From contig JACIWT010000006.1 of NCBI GenBank assembly GCA_014360825.1, positions 47,165 through 111,164 on the forward strand: DNA of 64,000 nt, written 5' to 3'. The stretch comes from Chloroflexota bacterium (GTDB taxonomy: Bacteria; Chloroflexota; Anaerolineae; UBA2200; JACIWT01). The notes below the pieces were generated by a model. The model did no database searches. It saw only the letters and a list, made by a program, of their open reading frames with translations, and had not been told where the DNA came from. Shown piece by piece: positions 1 to 9,867 of this stretch. Numbering within the stretch: position 1 is the first letter of the stretch; the number at the start of each line of letters is the position of its first letter. The position numbers and the translations under genes are program-made.

Positions 1-1
1 G

Positions 2-499
2 CGTTGGCAGGAACTGTTAGCAAAGGAGCAAACGCAAGTCGTGATGGCAGAACGGGGAATGACAATAGACCTGGGCGACGGAGTGACAGCCGAGGTGCTA
101 AACCCCCAGCGACCTATTATCACGGGCACATCCTCCGACGAGAACAACAACTCCGTTGTTTTGCGCCTGACCTACGGACAGACCACTTTCCTTTTCTCAG
201 CCGATGTGGAACAGGAAGCAGAGAGGCGATTACTCACGGATGCGGATGCATTGTCCGCGTTAATCCTTAAGGTGTCTCACCATGGTGCAGCCACAGCAAC
301 CAGTGAAGCATTCCTACAGGCAGTGCATCCGGAAGTGGCCGTTATCTCCGTGGGCGCGGAGAACACGTTCGGCCACCCATCGCCAGAAACGTTACAGCGA
401 TTGCGGGAGCAGGTATCAGAGATCCTGCGTACTGACGAAAGAGGAACTGTGGAGATAATCTCCGATGGAAAACAGTACCGCGTACGAACGGAGAAATAA
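2..499 (+). CDS. comEC: ComEC/Rec2-family competence protein, C-terminal metallo-beta-lactamase domain (5' end lies outside the window)
   Basis: The frame is open from nt 2 with no stop before the listed 41..499 ORF. The translation ...NNSVVLRLTYGQTTFLFSADVE...ILKVSHHGAATATSEAFL...VAVISVGAENTFGHPSPETLQRL matches the conserved MBL-fold C-terminus of ComEC. Confidence 0.75.
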   Translation, partial: RWQELLAKEQTQVVMAERGMTIDLGDGVTAEVLNPQRPIITGTSSDENNNSVVLRLTYGQTTFLFSADVEQEAERRLLTDADALSALILKVSHHGAATATSEAFLQAVHPEVAVISVGAENTFGHPSPETLQRLREQVSEILRTDERGTVEIISDGKQYRVRTEK

Positions 500-512
500 T
501 CCCAGTTACGAT

Positions 513-968
513 TCACCCATCCTTTCGCGCCCAATCATACGGTATTTGGTCCGTGTGCGCTGGTAGGCGGTACTCATCAGGTTCGTCATAGTTATATAAT
601 TCCGTCGGGGTATTTACGATCAGGGCCATTCCCTCGCCAACGCCCTTGAACCCGTGCATCACCCCGGCTGGTATTTTGACCATGATGGGGTTCAGTGGCC
701 CCATAAAGAACTCATTGATCTCTCCATAAGTAGGCGAACCTTCTCGCCGATCATAAAGGACCACCTTGGCCATCCCTGCTACACAAACGAAGTGGTCTGT
801 CTGCACTTTGTGGTAATGCCAAGCCTTAACCACACCAGGGTAAACAGCAGTGACGTAGACCTGCCCGAACTTCTCAAACTCCTCCCAGTCGCTACGCATC
901 AACTCCATCAAGAAACCCCGCTCATCGGGTATCAGGCGCAGTTTACGCACTTTCACTCCTTCAATCAC
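513..968 (-). CDS. RmlC-like cupin (dTDP-4-dehydrorhamnose 3,5-epimerase family, short form)
   Basis: Track ORF 513..1052. I place the start at GTG 968 (V29 of the track ORF): AAGGAG lies 6 nt upstream and the GTG overlaps the TGA stop of the EamA gene (GTGA at 965-968). The cupin signature is IPDERGFLMEL...AWHYHKVQTDHFVCVAGMAKVVLYDRREGSPTYGE...IPAGVMHGF. Confidence 0.75.
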   Translation of the reverse strand: MIEGVKVRKLRLIPDERGFLMELMRSDWEEFEKFGQVYVTAVYPGVVKAWHYHKVQTDHFVCVAGMAKVVLYDRREGSPTYGEINEFFMGPLNPIMVKIPAGVMHGFKGVGEGMALIVNTPTELYNYDEPDEYRLPAHTDQIPYDWARKDG

Positions 969-1852
969 TTCGTGCTCCTTTCGTAGATAGTCTGATGATC
1001 TCCGATCTCCGCAGCGATCATGCCTGTTAATATCAGTCCGCAACCCCACCATGCTCGTGCGGTTAGTACGTCTCCGGCTAACAAAACGCCGAATAGCGCT
1101 GCGAAAACCGGTTCGGCGGTGAAAATGAGCGCTGTGTGGACAGCCGTGGTAAATGTCTGCGCCACATTTTGGACACTGAAGGCAAAAGCGGTGGCCAATA
1201 CACCGGTGAACGCTGCGGCGCCCAACACGCTGGGGGGAAAAACAGTCGGCAACGGTTCTGTCACCAAGGAGGCCAGCCCGCTCAGCACAGTCACCGTCAC
1301 CAGTTGTACGATGGCTAGGCTAAGGGCATCGGCCCACCGAACAAATGCGCTCACGGCAGTTATTTGGAGGGCGAAAGAAAAGGCACAGCCCAGCACCAAC
1401 AGGTCACCACGTGAGACAGATAAGTTCTCGTTTAGACTGAGCAACCCGAGCCCAATCGTCGCCAAAGCAACACCGGCTAGCACTCCCAGGCTTGGCTTTT
1501 GCCGCAGCCAGAGTGTTGAGAGCACCGGGACGATGACCACCGAGAGCCCAGTGATAAACCCAGCCTTGGAGGCCGTCGTATCACGTAGACCCCAGGTCTG
1601 AAAAGCATAACCAGCGAACAGAAAAAGCCCGATCAACACCCCGGCTGCCATGCCTCGCCTGCCTAGGGCTAAAAGCCGCCCATGGAAAAAGACCGCCAAG
1701 ACAACAGAGGCTAACAGGAAGCGTAGAGCCAGGAACGGAAAGACTGGGAAGTTCGCTACGGCATTTTTCACCATAACGAAAGTGCTACCCCACACCAATG
1801 TGATGGTCAGCAAAGCCAAATCGGCCCACAATTGGCGACGTGAGATTAGCAT
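965..1852 (-). CDS. EamA/DMT-superfamily transporter
   Basis: The 295-aa protein is hydrophobic throughout, with about 10 predicted TM segments in two EamA-like halves. Its ATG overlaps the stop of the upstream chelatase-type gene by 7 nt (ATGCTAA at 1846-1852). Confidence 0.8.
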   Translation of the reverse strand: MLISRRQLWADLALLTITLVWGSTFVMVKNAVANFPVFPFLALRFLLASVVLAVFFHGRLLALGRRGMAAGVLIGLFLFAGYAFQTWGLRDTTASKAGFITGLSVVIVPVLSTLWLRQKPSLGVLAGVALATIGLGLLSLNENLSVSRGDLLVLGCAFSFALQITAVSAFVRWADALSLAIVQLVTVTVLSGLASLVTEPLPTVFPPSVLGAAAFTGVLATAFAFSVQNVAQTFTTAVHTALIFTAEPVFAALFGVLLAGDVLTARAWWGCGLILTGMIAAEIGDHQTIYERSTK

Positions 1853-3903
1853 AGTTGCGCTTTGTATGCAACAGCGCGCAATTCGTCGCGCACCGTTTGG
1901 TAAAGTTCCTGAGCCTTCAATTCACTTAAAGTGTAACATGGTGCGCCCATCTGGTCCGCCAGGGCCTGGGCCAGCCCCCGATCGAGTGATTCGTGTTCAG
2001 TGTTGATAACCACAGCGCGAAAGCCCTCGTGTTTGATAAGGCTGGCCACACGCAGAGCCTCTTCCTGAGGCGGCAGCCCCGTCACGGAGACGTTACCTGC
2101 CCCGTCTGTTAACAGGATAAGCAGAGGCATCACTTCTGGATCTTTTCGTCGTTCACGAACCAAAACTTGATGCGCCAACCACAATCCTGCCGAGAGGGGT
2201 GTTTTTCCACCCACATCCATGTCTACCAGCAACCGTTTTGCCAGTTCAACACTAGAAGTGGGTGGTAAAATCAGACGCGCCTCTTCTTTCTGAAAGGTGA
2301 TCATCCCTACACGGTCACGCTTCTGATAGGCATCCGTAAGCAACGACATGATGGCTCCTTTGGTAGCAACCATGCGATCAGCAGCAGCCATAGACCAACT
2401 GGCATCCACCACGAATAAGATCAGATTAGAGGCGCGGCGCACACGCACTTTGCATTGCAAATCCTGGCTTTCGATGGCCAATGCAGTATCAGTATGTTTG
2501 CGTTCCATCTGATGAGGAGCAGCCTGGCGCAGGGTGGCATCGAAGGCTATGTCATTGCTTGTGCCATCGGCTGGACGACTGATCACATATCGCCCACGTT
2601 TACGGCGGGTGCGTGTGAAACTCCGCTTGCCGGATGTGGTGCGAGTCAACCGATCCAGAGGGGTGCTTAACCTGCGCGGAGGAAAAGTCTCTCCTACTGG
2701 AACCGGCATATTCGGTTGGCGGATGTAAGAGAGTGGCAGTGCGTCGGCTTGATGGCCCCGCAGGGGAGTGTTATGAGTGCCGGGAGGAAGCGGCTCTGCT
2801 TGTGCGGGCTCATTAGGTGGAGGTGATATTCCTTCGCTTTCCGAGGCCGAGGAGGGCGTGGAAACGGAAGTCATCTTCGCGCGCACTTCACTTAGGCGGG
2901 TCTCCAGTCGATCCAGTTGTTCTCCTGCCTCGTCGAAGGGTTTCTTCTTAAGGCGATGGGGTAGCGCCAACCCGGCAGCGATGAGAATATCCGCCTCTTC
3001 GACTACAGCACGGCCTTCAAAGGCAGCGTTTGCCAGAGCCGTCTTGAGAATCACGATATCTGCACGATGCCCATCCACGCCAAATTCTGCAGTGATCTTG
3101 GCGATAGCATAGATGTCATCTTCCGTGTAAGTAACCTGTGGCAGAGAGCGCTTGGCTCGAGCGATCTGCCGGGAAAGAGCCTCCTCTTCGGCCCGCCATG
3201 CTTCGTAAAAGGCGATGGGATCAGACTCATATGCCACGCGCCGTTGGACGATGGCTACGCGAGCATCTGGCTCTGGAATGCCTCGGATTTCCACACATAA
3301 AGCGAAGCGGTCAAGCAGCTGTGGCCGTAACTCCCCTTCTTCCGGGTTCATTGTACCTACCAAGATAAAATGGGCGGGGTGGCTGAAAGAGATGCCTTCG
3401 CGCTCAACCACGTTTACACCCATCGCAGCGGAGTCAAGCAGGAGATCTACCACGTGGTCGTCCAGCAAATTCACCTCATCCACGTAGAGTAGCCCCCGGT
3501 TGGCAGCAGCCAGCACGCCTGGCTCGAAGTGCCGTTCGCCCTTCTTAATGGCGCGCTCGATATCCAAAGTGCCCACCACCCGATCCTCTGTAGCGCTGAC
3601 TGGCAGGTCAATGAAACGCGTACGACGACGGACACGAGGCAATATCTCCCCACCAGTCACGCGAGCACGACAATTGTCACACTGATTCTGTGAGTTATCG
3701 GGATCGCAGTTAAACGGACAGTCGGCGACAACCTCGATCTCAGGCAAAAGAGCAGCCAGGGCACGAGCGGCAGTGGACTTGGCAGTGCCGCGCTCACCGC
3801 GGATGAGAACACCGCCAATCCCTGGACTAATGGCGTTGAGAATCAACGCCCTTTTCATTTTGTCTTGTCCGACGATAGCCGTGAAAGGGAATACAATAGT
3901 CAT
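1846..3903 (-). CDS. Magnesium-chelatase-type AAA+ ATPase fused to a vWA domain (ChlI/BchI-like N-terminus, ChlD/BchD-like C-terminus)
   Basis: N-terminus: VFPFTAIVGQDKMKRALILNAISPGIGGVLIRGERGTAKST (ChlI Walker A) plus the Cys-rich insert CPFNCDPDNSQNQCDNC. A Pro-rich linker follows. C-terminus: LILFVVDASWSM...GGKTPLSAGL...LLTDGAGN (vWA/MIDAS). I prefer ATG 3903 (MTIVFPF...) as the start; the track ORF extends to a TTG at 3942. Confidence 0.8.
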   Translation of the reverse strand: MTIVFPFTAIVGQDKMKRALILNAISPGIGGVLIRGERGTAKSTAARALAALLPEIEVVADCPFNCDPDNSQNQCDNCRARVTGGEILPRVRRRTRFIDLPVSATEDRVVGTLDIERAIKKGERHFEPGVLAAANRGLLYVDEVNLLDDHVVDLLLDSAAMGVNVVEREGISFSHPAHFILVGTMNPEEGELRPQLLDRFALCVEIRGIPEPDARVAIVQRRVAYESDPIAFYEAWRAEEEALSRQIARAKRSLPQVTYTEDDIYAIAKITAEFGVDGHRADIVILKTALANAAFEGRAVVEEADILIAAGLALPHRLKKKPFDEAGEQLDRLETRLSEVRAKMTSVSTPSSASESEGISPPPNEPAQAEPLPPGTHNTPLRGHQADALPLSYIRQPNMPVPVGETFPPRRLSTPLDRLTRTTSGKRSFTRTRRKRGRYVISRPADGTSNDIAFDATLRQAAPHQMERKHTDTALAIESQDLQCKVRVRRASNLILFVVDASWSMAAADRMVATKGAIMSLLTDAYQKRDRVGMITFQKEEARLILPPTSSVELAKRLLVDMDVGGKTPLSAGLWLAHQVLVRERRKDPEVMPLLILLTDGAGNVSVTGLPPQEEALRVASLIKHEGFRAVVINTEHESLDRGLAQALADQMGAPCYTLSELKAQELYQTVRDELRAVAYKAQLC

Positions 3904-4079
3904 TGTTTTCTGCCCACACCTTACCCAAGCAAAGTTCTGCAATCAAAGTATAGCGCAGCAGCAAAGGAGCGTCAAGCAATCCCGCTGAAGCGCTGAGAAA
4001 CAAAAGACTTGTCCTGCAAAGGGATTCGATTACAATTCGTAAGGAGGCCTATCCAGAATCACTTTGGGCTTCAAATGCA

Positions 4080-5549
4080 GTGAATGCCAGTGAGCAGGGG
4101 ATGTCGAACCCGAGGGGGGTCAAATTGAACGAAACGGATATTACTTTCCTGAAATCCATCGTGGGTGAGAAAGCAATCTCTACAAGGGGTGCTGACTTGG
4201 ACGCTCACGCGTCCGATGAATCTGCCCACCCACCTCACCGGCCGGAGGTCGTGGTCTGGCCGCAGGATGTCGAACAAATCAGCGAAATACTTCGCTATGC
4301 TAATCACCGGCGAATCCCTGTCACAGCGCGAGGAGGCGGTTCCAGCCTCGAGGGAAACCCCATCCCCATATTTGGCGGCGTTGTTTTGGCTATGTACCAT
4401 TGGAATAAGGTCCTAGAAATAGTGCCTGAAGACTTGCGTGTACGTGTCCAACCTGGCGTGGTTTATCAAACGTTAAATGAACAACTGCGTCCATACAGCC
4501 TCTTTTTTCCACCGGCCCCAGGGAGCGCGGAGGTGGCCACAATCGGCGGTATGGTCGCCAACGGTTCCAGCGGCATGCACAGCGTCAAGTACGGCGTTAC
4601 GGGTGATTATGTCTTACGCCTACAAATAGTGTTGCCGACAGGAAAAATCATCACTGTCGGTTCCAATGCGGTCAAGAGCGCCAGTGGATACAACCTGGTG
4701 CGGCTTTTCGTCGGTTCAGAAGGGACATTGGGCATCATCACAGAGATCACCTTGCGCCTACGCGGGTTACCAGAGAAGATCGTTGCGGCAGTGGGGCGTT
4801 TTGCCACAGTCCGCCAAGTGACCAACACCGTCTCCGAGATCATCCGCTATGGTCTGCTACCAGCAGCGATGGAATTGCTAGACCCAGTCATCATCCGCAC
4901 GATTAATAGTTATCTCCAGATGAACCTGGATGAGGTGCCGACGTTATTCCTGGAATTCCATGGCACAGCAGGTGGTGTCGCCGAGGAAACAGAACTGGCA
5001 CGAGAAATCTGCATGGATAACGGTTGTGTCTCATTCATCAGGGCGGAGGACCCAGAGGAGCGAGCCCGACTGTGGAAGGCACGAAGCGAGGCCCATAACG
5101 CAGTGAAATTCTCTAATGTCAATTTCAGGGTTGAGATCGGGGATATCGTAGTCCCCATCTCCAGGTATCCGGAGGCAGTAGATCACATTTACCAACTGGC
5201 CCAGCAGCACAATGTGCAGATAGCCACATTCGGGCACGCTGGCGACGGCAACCTGCATGTGGAGATACTGGCTCAGAAAGGCAATATAGAGGAGCGCGCC
5301 CAGGTTGATGCTTTCAACGCGGCCATGGTCCGCTACGCGATCCAATTAGGTGGGACAGCAACCGGAGAGCACGGGGTGGGAATTGGCAAACGCGAGTTCA
5401 TGCCGCTTGAACATGGTCCCAGTCTAGAATTGATGCGGGATATCAAACGACTCATTGACCCGAACGGCATCCTGAACCCTGGGAAGATTTTCCCTCCCCT
5501 TGTCAATGGGGAGCAAATATACCAAGCTGACATTGCATTGCCAGACTAA
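4080..5549 (+). CDS. FAD-binding oxidase (GlcD / D-lactate dehydrogenase family)
   Basis: 489 aa with an N-terminal FAD-binding PCMH-type domain (VTARGGGSSLEGNPIP) and a C-terminal FAD-linked oxidase domain (ATFGHAGDGNLHV...GGTATGEHGVGIGKREFM...DPNGILNPGK). The start is uncertain (GTG 4080 or ATG 4101). Confidence 0.8.
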   Translation: MNASEQGMSNPRGVKLNETDITFLKSIVGEKAISTRGADLDAHASDESAHPPHRPEVVVWPQDVEQISEILRYANHRRIPVTARGGGSSLEGNPIPIFGGVVLAMYHWNKVLEIVPEDLRVRVQPGVVYQTLNEQLRPYSLFFPPAPGSAEVATIGGMVANGSSGMHSVKYGVTGDYVLRLQIVLPTGKIITVGSNAVKSASGYNLVRLFVGSEGTLGIITEITLRLRGLPEKIVAAVGRFATVRQVTNTVSEIIRYGLLPAAMELLDPVIIRTINSYLQMNLDEVPTLFLEFHGTAGGVAEETELAREICMDNGCVSFIRAEDPEERARLWKARSEAHNAVKFSNVNFRVEIGDIVVPISRYPEAVDHIYQLAQQHNVQIATFGHAGDGNLHVEILAQKGNIEERAQVDAFNAAMVRYAIQLGGTATGEHGVGIGKREFMPLEHGPSLELMRDIKRLIDPNGILNPGKIFPPLVNGEQIYQADIALPD

Positions 5550-6472
5550 GCACCCAACAATCGCAATAACACGGTCATCGTCAAACCACTAACCAACGTG
5601 GAAATCAAGATAACACTTGTTACAAACTCTGGTCGGGCATCAAACTCCACGGCTAACACTGCTGTCATCACGGCTGTTGGCGTCCCAGACTCCGCGATAC
5701 ATGCCTGTCGTGTCACATCATCCATTCTGAAGAGATGGGATAGCGGAAAGGCGACCAGGGGTTCAACAATTAGTTTCAAGACGGTTGCCAGTCCCACAAT
5801 CCACCACTCATTGGAAAGTCTAGTCCGCGAGAGTTGGGCACCCAGCAGAAGGAGCATCAAAGGGATGGCAGAGGTGCTCACCAATTTGATGGCTCTCCAG
5901 CCAGGTTGTGGTACAGTCCAACCCAACGCCCGAAATAATATGGCTGCCACAATGGCATAGGTCAAGGGAAAGAGGAACACGTTACGCAACGCTTGGGAGG
6001 CGCTCGCTTTCCTCCTGGAGGCGAAGTACACACCGATCGTGTACGTCAATAATGAACTTATGGTGAAGAAAATCAGCGCCCGCTCAAACGCCGCTTGGCC
6101 AAAAGCAGACATTACTACAGAGAGACCATAATTGCCCGTATTCAAAAACAGAGTGCCTAAGAGAAAAGCATTAGTGCGGCTTTCATCAAAGCGGAGTATG
6201 ACAGAGGCAGAGCGCGAAATTAGCCACATGCATATGGTAATCAAGGGAACAAAAAGTGCTATCTGGATGAACTCTGCGCCACTGAGCGAGGACTCCAGCA
6301 TCGTGGAGAATGCGAGACAAGGACTGACTACATAAAGGATAAGTTTGGAGAGCGATTTCACCTCCAAGGGCAGAACACGGTCTAACACGAATCCAAATCC
6401 AATCACAATGTATGTAGGCAAGATATAGTCTGTGAATGTGCTTAGGAACGCAGTGAGTGGCAAAGCATTCAT
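5546..6472 (-). CDS. AEC-family (auxin efflux carrier-like) membrane transporter
   Basis: 308 aa with about 10 TM segments. The N-terminal pattern ILPTYIVIGFGFVLDRV and the two-lobe topology with a central loop are typical of the AEC family. Convergent with the oxidase gene, sharing a 4-nt overlap. Confidence 0.72.
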   Translation of the reverse strand: MNALPLTAFLSTFTDYILPTYIVIGFGFVLDRVLPLEVKSLSKLILYVVSPCLAFSTMLESSLSGAEFIQIALFVPLITICMWLISRSASVILRFDESRTNAFLLGTLFLNTGNYGLSVVMSAFGQAAFERALIFFTISSLLTYTIGVYFASRRKASASQALRNVFLFPLTYAIVAAILFRALGWTVPQPGWRAIKLVSTSAIPLMLLLLGAQLSRTRLSNEWWIVGLATVLKLIVEPLVAFPLSHLFRMDDVTRQACIAESGTPTAVMTAVLAVEFDARPEFVTSVILISTLVSGLTMTVLLRLLGA

Positions 6473-6619
6473 TTAGGAAGATTCCTGGCAAATCCTTTTA
6501 TAACCCGCTGATGGCAAGTATAATAGCACGGGCATAGACCGCCGTCAATTCCACAATATCCCAGATCTGAGAGGTCTTTTTACCCACGACCAATCAGAAA
6601 TAGGAGACCAAAGATCATC

Positions 6620-7921
6620 ATGAATAAAGGCGATCAAGAGAAACACACCTCGCGGTTCCCCAGAATGGCCCTGGTGCGACAACGCCTGAGCGTCGATCGG
6701 ATAGAAAATGTGCCTGGTGTTGTCAAAGACCAACTAGCCCGTCTACATCTCGATGAACTCATCCAGCCAGGCATGCGTGTAGCAGTAACTGCGGGAAGTC
6801 GTGGCATTGCGAATATTGCCACAGTCTTGGCGACCACCATCTCGCAACTCAAAGCACACGGAGCAGAGCCCTTCGTTATCCCTGCAATGGGCTGTCATGG
6901 TGGCGCGGTCGCGGGGGTTCAGGCCGAGATCCTGCACTCGCTCGGCATTACAGAGGCCGCTGTGGGTTGCCCTATCATCTCATCGCTCGACGTTGTGTGC
7001 ATCGGCGAGACCCCTCAGGGGATCCCTGTGTTCATAGATCGCACTGCAGCCCAGGCAGATGGCATCGTAGTGATCAACCGCATTAAGCCACATACAGACT
7101 TTGTGGGAGAGATCGAGAGTGGTTTGATGAAAATGATGGCCATCGGGCTGGGTAAATACGTTGGCGCGTTGAATGTGCACTCGCATGGGATACGCCTGGG
7201 CCTTGCCGTAGCCATCCCTGCCGTGGCACGGGTTGTGCTTAGCAGATGCCGCATTCTGTTCGGTATAGCGCTGATAGAAAACGCCTACCACCAACTCGCG
7301 CAGGTTGTTGCCATCCCAAGCACGGCGATCGAGGAGACCGAGAAAACACTGTTACCGGAGGCGCGGCGGATGATGGGGCATCTGCCATTTGATGAGTTGG
7401 ACATCTTGATTGTGGATGAGATGGGCAAAGAGATCAGCGGCACTGGGATGGATACCAAGGTCATCGGACGTATCCGCATGGCTGGCAGTGCAGAACCAGA
7501 TGCACCCCGCATCAGGCGCATCGTCGTGCGGGATTTGACAGACGCAACACACGGAAACGCCATAGGCATTGGACTGGCAGATTTCACTACGCGCCGCTTG
7601 GTGGATAAAATTGATTACCACTCCACATACATCAACGCGGTAACGGCAATGTGTCCTGAGCGTGGGTATCTGCCCGTCGTCGCAGAGACAGACCGAGAGG
7701 CTATCGAGTACGCGCTTATCACCATCGGCGCAGTCGACCCCCAGAAAAGCCGTGTGGTGCGCGTTGCGAATACGCTGGAATTGGAGCACTTCTACGTTTC
7801 GGAAAGCCTGCTGGCCCAGATAGGGGATCGAATCGACATGGAACAGATCAGCGAACTCGAACCACTGTCATTCGATGAAAAGGGAATGCTCCTCTCAGGT
7901 CCAGGGCATACCGGCTTCTGA
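6620..7921 (+). CDS. Conserved protein, probably LarA-N/DUF2088-like (lactate racemase domain-containing)
   Basis: 433 aa. The segments VAVTAGSRGIANI...IPAMGCHGGA...ADGIVVINRIKPHTDFVGEIESGLMKMMAIGLGK resemble this family from memory. No search was possible. Confidence 0.45.
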   Translation: MNKGDQEKHTSRFPRMALVRQRLSVDRIENVPGVVKDQLARLHLDELIQPGMRVAVTAGSRGIANIATVLATTISQLKAHGAEPFVIPAMGCHGGAVAGVQAEILHSLGITEAAVGCPIISSLDVVCIGETPQGIPVFIDRTAAQADGIVVINRIKPHTDFVGEIESGLMKMMAIGLGKYVGALNVHSHGIRLGLAVAIPAVARVVLSRCRILFGIALIENAYHQLAQVVAIPSTAIEETEKTLLPEARRMMGHLPFDELDILIVDEMGKEISGTGMDTKVIGRIRMAGSAEPDAPRIRRIVVRDLTDATHGNAIGIGLADFTTRRLVDKIDYHSTYINAVTAMCPERGYLPVVAETDREAIEYALITIGAVDPQKSRVVRVANTLELEHFYVSESLLAQIGDRIDMEQISELEPLSFDEKGMLLSGPGHTGF

Positions 7922-7934
7922 AAGAGGCTAGACT

Positions 7935-8822
7935 ATGCACATCAAGTCTGTTCGTGTTCTCATTACTCTGGCTCTTATGGCTACCATGATGGCATGTACT
8001 GCCCCAACAGCGCCATTGCCTTCGTCCACACCGAGCATCAACATCGGTGTGCTTCTCACTGCTGTGCCTTTGCCCACAGCAACGATTACTCCTACCCCCT
8101 GGCCTGCCGAAATCCAACCTCACTACAACGATGTCGAAATGGTAGGTATTCTTTACCAACATGACAGTGCGCTCATTTTTCTGGGCGGGTCCGACGAACT
8201 GAACGCGCACGGTATCGGAGGGACGCTCTACTCAGTAGATCCTGCGGATGAAACTGCAAGCGAGGCTATCGCTGCCCTGCAGTTAAACATTTATCCCGAT
8301 CGCATTGTTCGTGTGCGCGGCGACATTGACCTCGATTTCCAGACGCGCCAGGGCCGATTGAACTTGCGCACGGTGCAACCCATCCCCCTACCCTTTGATG
8401 AGGATACCCCGCTGGCAAACGAATTACCCACAGTGGCAGGGCTAATCCTACGTTACCCGCCTGATTGGACAGTTATTCATCGGCCAGGCGGCAATGGGGT
8501 GTGCAACTTCAATCCTCTGGTATTACGCTACAGCGGGAGGCGGGCGGCAGACCCCACCGCGTTCTGTGTTACCGTAGATGGACCGAGTCCAGATGGTCCA
8601 AAAACATTGGATGAATGGCGTACCACAACGAGAAAAGATGCGCTACGTGCCGATCAAATCCTCATCGACGGCCAGATGGCCATACGTTATCGCCTCGAGA
8701 CCTATGGCCGTGTCGAGGGCGTTGTTATCCAGACCGACACGGGGCTAATCAATGTATATGCCTTATCTGGCGACGCAGCCATGTTTGACCGAATAGTAGC
8801 AGCGCTTAAATTCGCCCCATAA
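7935..8822 (+). CDS. Hypothetical lipoprotein / secreted protein
   Basis: The signal peptide carries a lipobox-like LMATMMAC followed by TAPT. No recognisable catalytic motifs. It starts 14 nt after the preceding gene. Confidence 0.55.
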   Translation: MHIKSVRVLITLALMATMMACTAPTAPLPSSTPSINIGVLLTAVPLPTATITPTPWPAEIQPHYNDVEMVGILYQHDSALIFLGGSDELNAHGIGGTLYSVDPADETASEAIAALQLNIYPDRIVRVRGDIDLDFQTRQGRLNLRTVQPIPLPFDEDTPLANELPTVAGLILRYPPDWTVIHRPGGNGVCNFNPLVLRYSGRRAADPTAFCVTVDGPSPDGPKTLDEWRTTTRKDALRADQILIDGQMAIRYRLETYGRVEGVVIQTDTGLINVYALSGDAAMFDRIVAALKFAP

Positions 8823-8862
8823 CTCCCCGCACACAGCGGGATGCGCAATGTGGAACTCAACT

Positions 8863-9813
8863 TTAAGGTTTCGGGATAGCGAGGCCCTTCGCACCGGGTT
8901 CCGACATCGTGGCTTCAGGGAAATTTTCCTGGATCAACTCGTGGATAATCTGGGCATACTTCACTTTCTCCCGCACCAAAAACGATAGGCTATCAATGCT
9001 CGTCCACGGCTTGTATAGTGCCCCTGGGCCAGCAGCGCACGCGGGGCCGGGCTCGATCTTGAAATAACACGGCGCACATACGCGAGCCATTTCTGGAGCC
9101 TCGTAGAAGCGGTTGTATCCACCAAAGGATTCCGCAAGATAGATGTGCAGATCTAGTGGGATATCCACCGCCTGGCGAATGGAAGCCATTTGTGGTAGTG
9201 AGAGATCACCTACAGGGTTGAACGTACCTGCACCGAGCATCTGGAGCAATCTGCCACCAGCGGCTGAGCCATGACCAGCATAGATAGACACCTTGAAAGT
9301 CACATCCTGAGGGATCGTACCGTCCTTCCTCAGTTCGTTGAGCAGCCAGAGCAGGCCCTCGTCTATGCATAGGAAGCCACGGAACCCCAATTCGATACAG
9401 TGCATAATGTCAGCGATAACGTAACGCAGTTGATCCGAGCCGCGGTAGCGCAGGCCAGAAAGTCCACCCTCTGGGGTCACGAGTTGGCGACCCGTGTCCC
9501 ACGCCGAACGAGGGCCAGGAGTCAAGATCACCTCCATTTTCGCTTCGGCAGCCATTTGGGCGAAGGCACGCAATTCCGCATCATCGAGCAGAGTGGCTCC
9601 CATCACGACGGAGATCAGGCGGTGAATAGGCATCTTGCGCTTCTCCGCCTCATCAATCAATGCCTCCAGCACCTGGGGCCGTTCTACACCGGAAATCTCC
9701 ATCCGATACCACGCCCCATCCGGGAAGCGCTTGGTGCTGGTAGGTAGATCGTAAGCATCGCGCCCAGGGATACCATGCCGCTCCATAGCGGTGGAAACAT
9801 CTTCTAATTTCAT
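8863..9813 (-). CDS. Conserved hypothetical protein (no family assigned)
   Basis: Track ORF 8863..9852. I place the start at ATG 9813 (MKLEDV...), which is preceded by AAGGAGG with a 6-nt spacer. It lies 54 nt downstream of the Fsa-type aldolase on the same strand. Confidence 0.6.
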   Translation of the reverse strand: MKLEDVSTAMERHGIPGRDAYDLPTSTKRFPDGAWYRMEISGVERPQVLEALIDEAEKRKMPIHRLISVVMGATLLDDAELRAFAQMAAEAKMEVILTPGPRSAWDTGRQLVTPEGGLSGLRYRGSDQLRYVIADIMHCIELGFRGFLCIDEGLLWLLNELRKDGTIPQDVTFKVSIYAGHGSAAGGRLLQMLGAGTFNPVGDLSLPQMASIRQAVDIPLDLHIYLAESFGGYNRFYEAPEMARVCAPCYFKIEPGPACAAGPGALYKPWTSIDSLSFLVREKVKYAQIIHELIQENFPEATMSEPGAKGLAIPKP

Positions 9814-9867
9814 GGCTATTCCTCCTTTGGAATCGTTTATTGCGTCATTCAAACGCTCAAACCCGCG

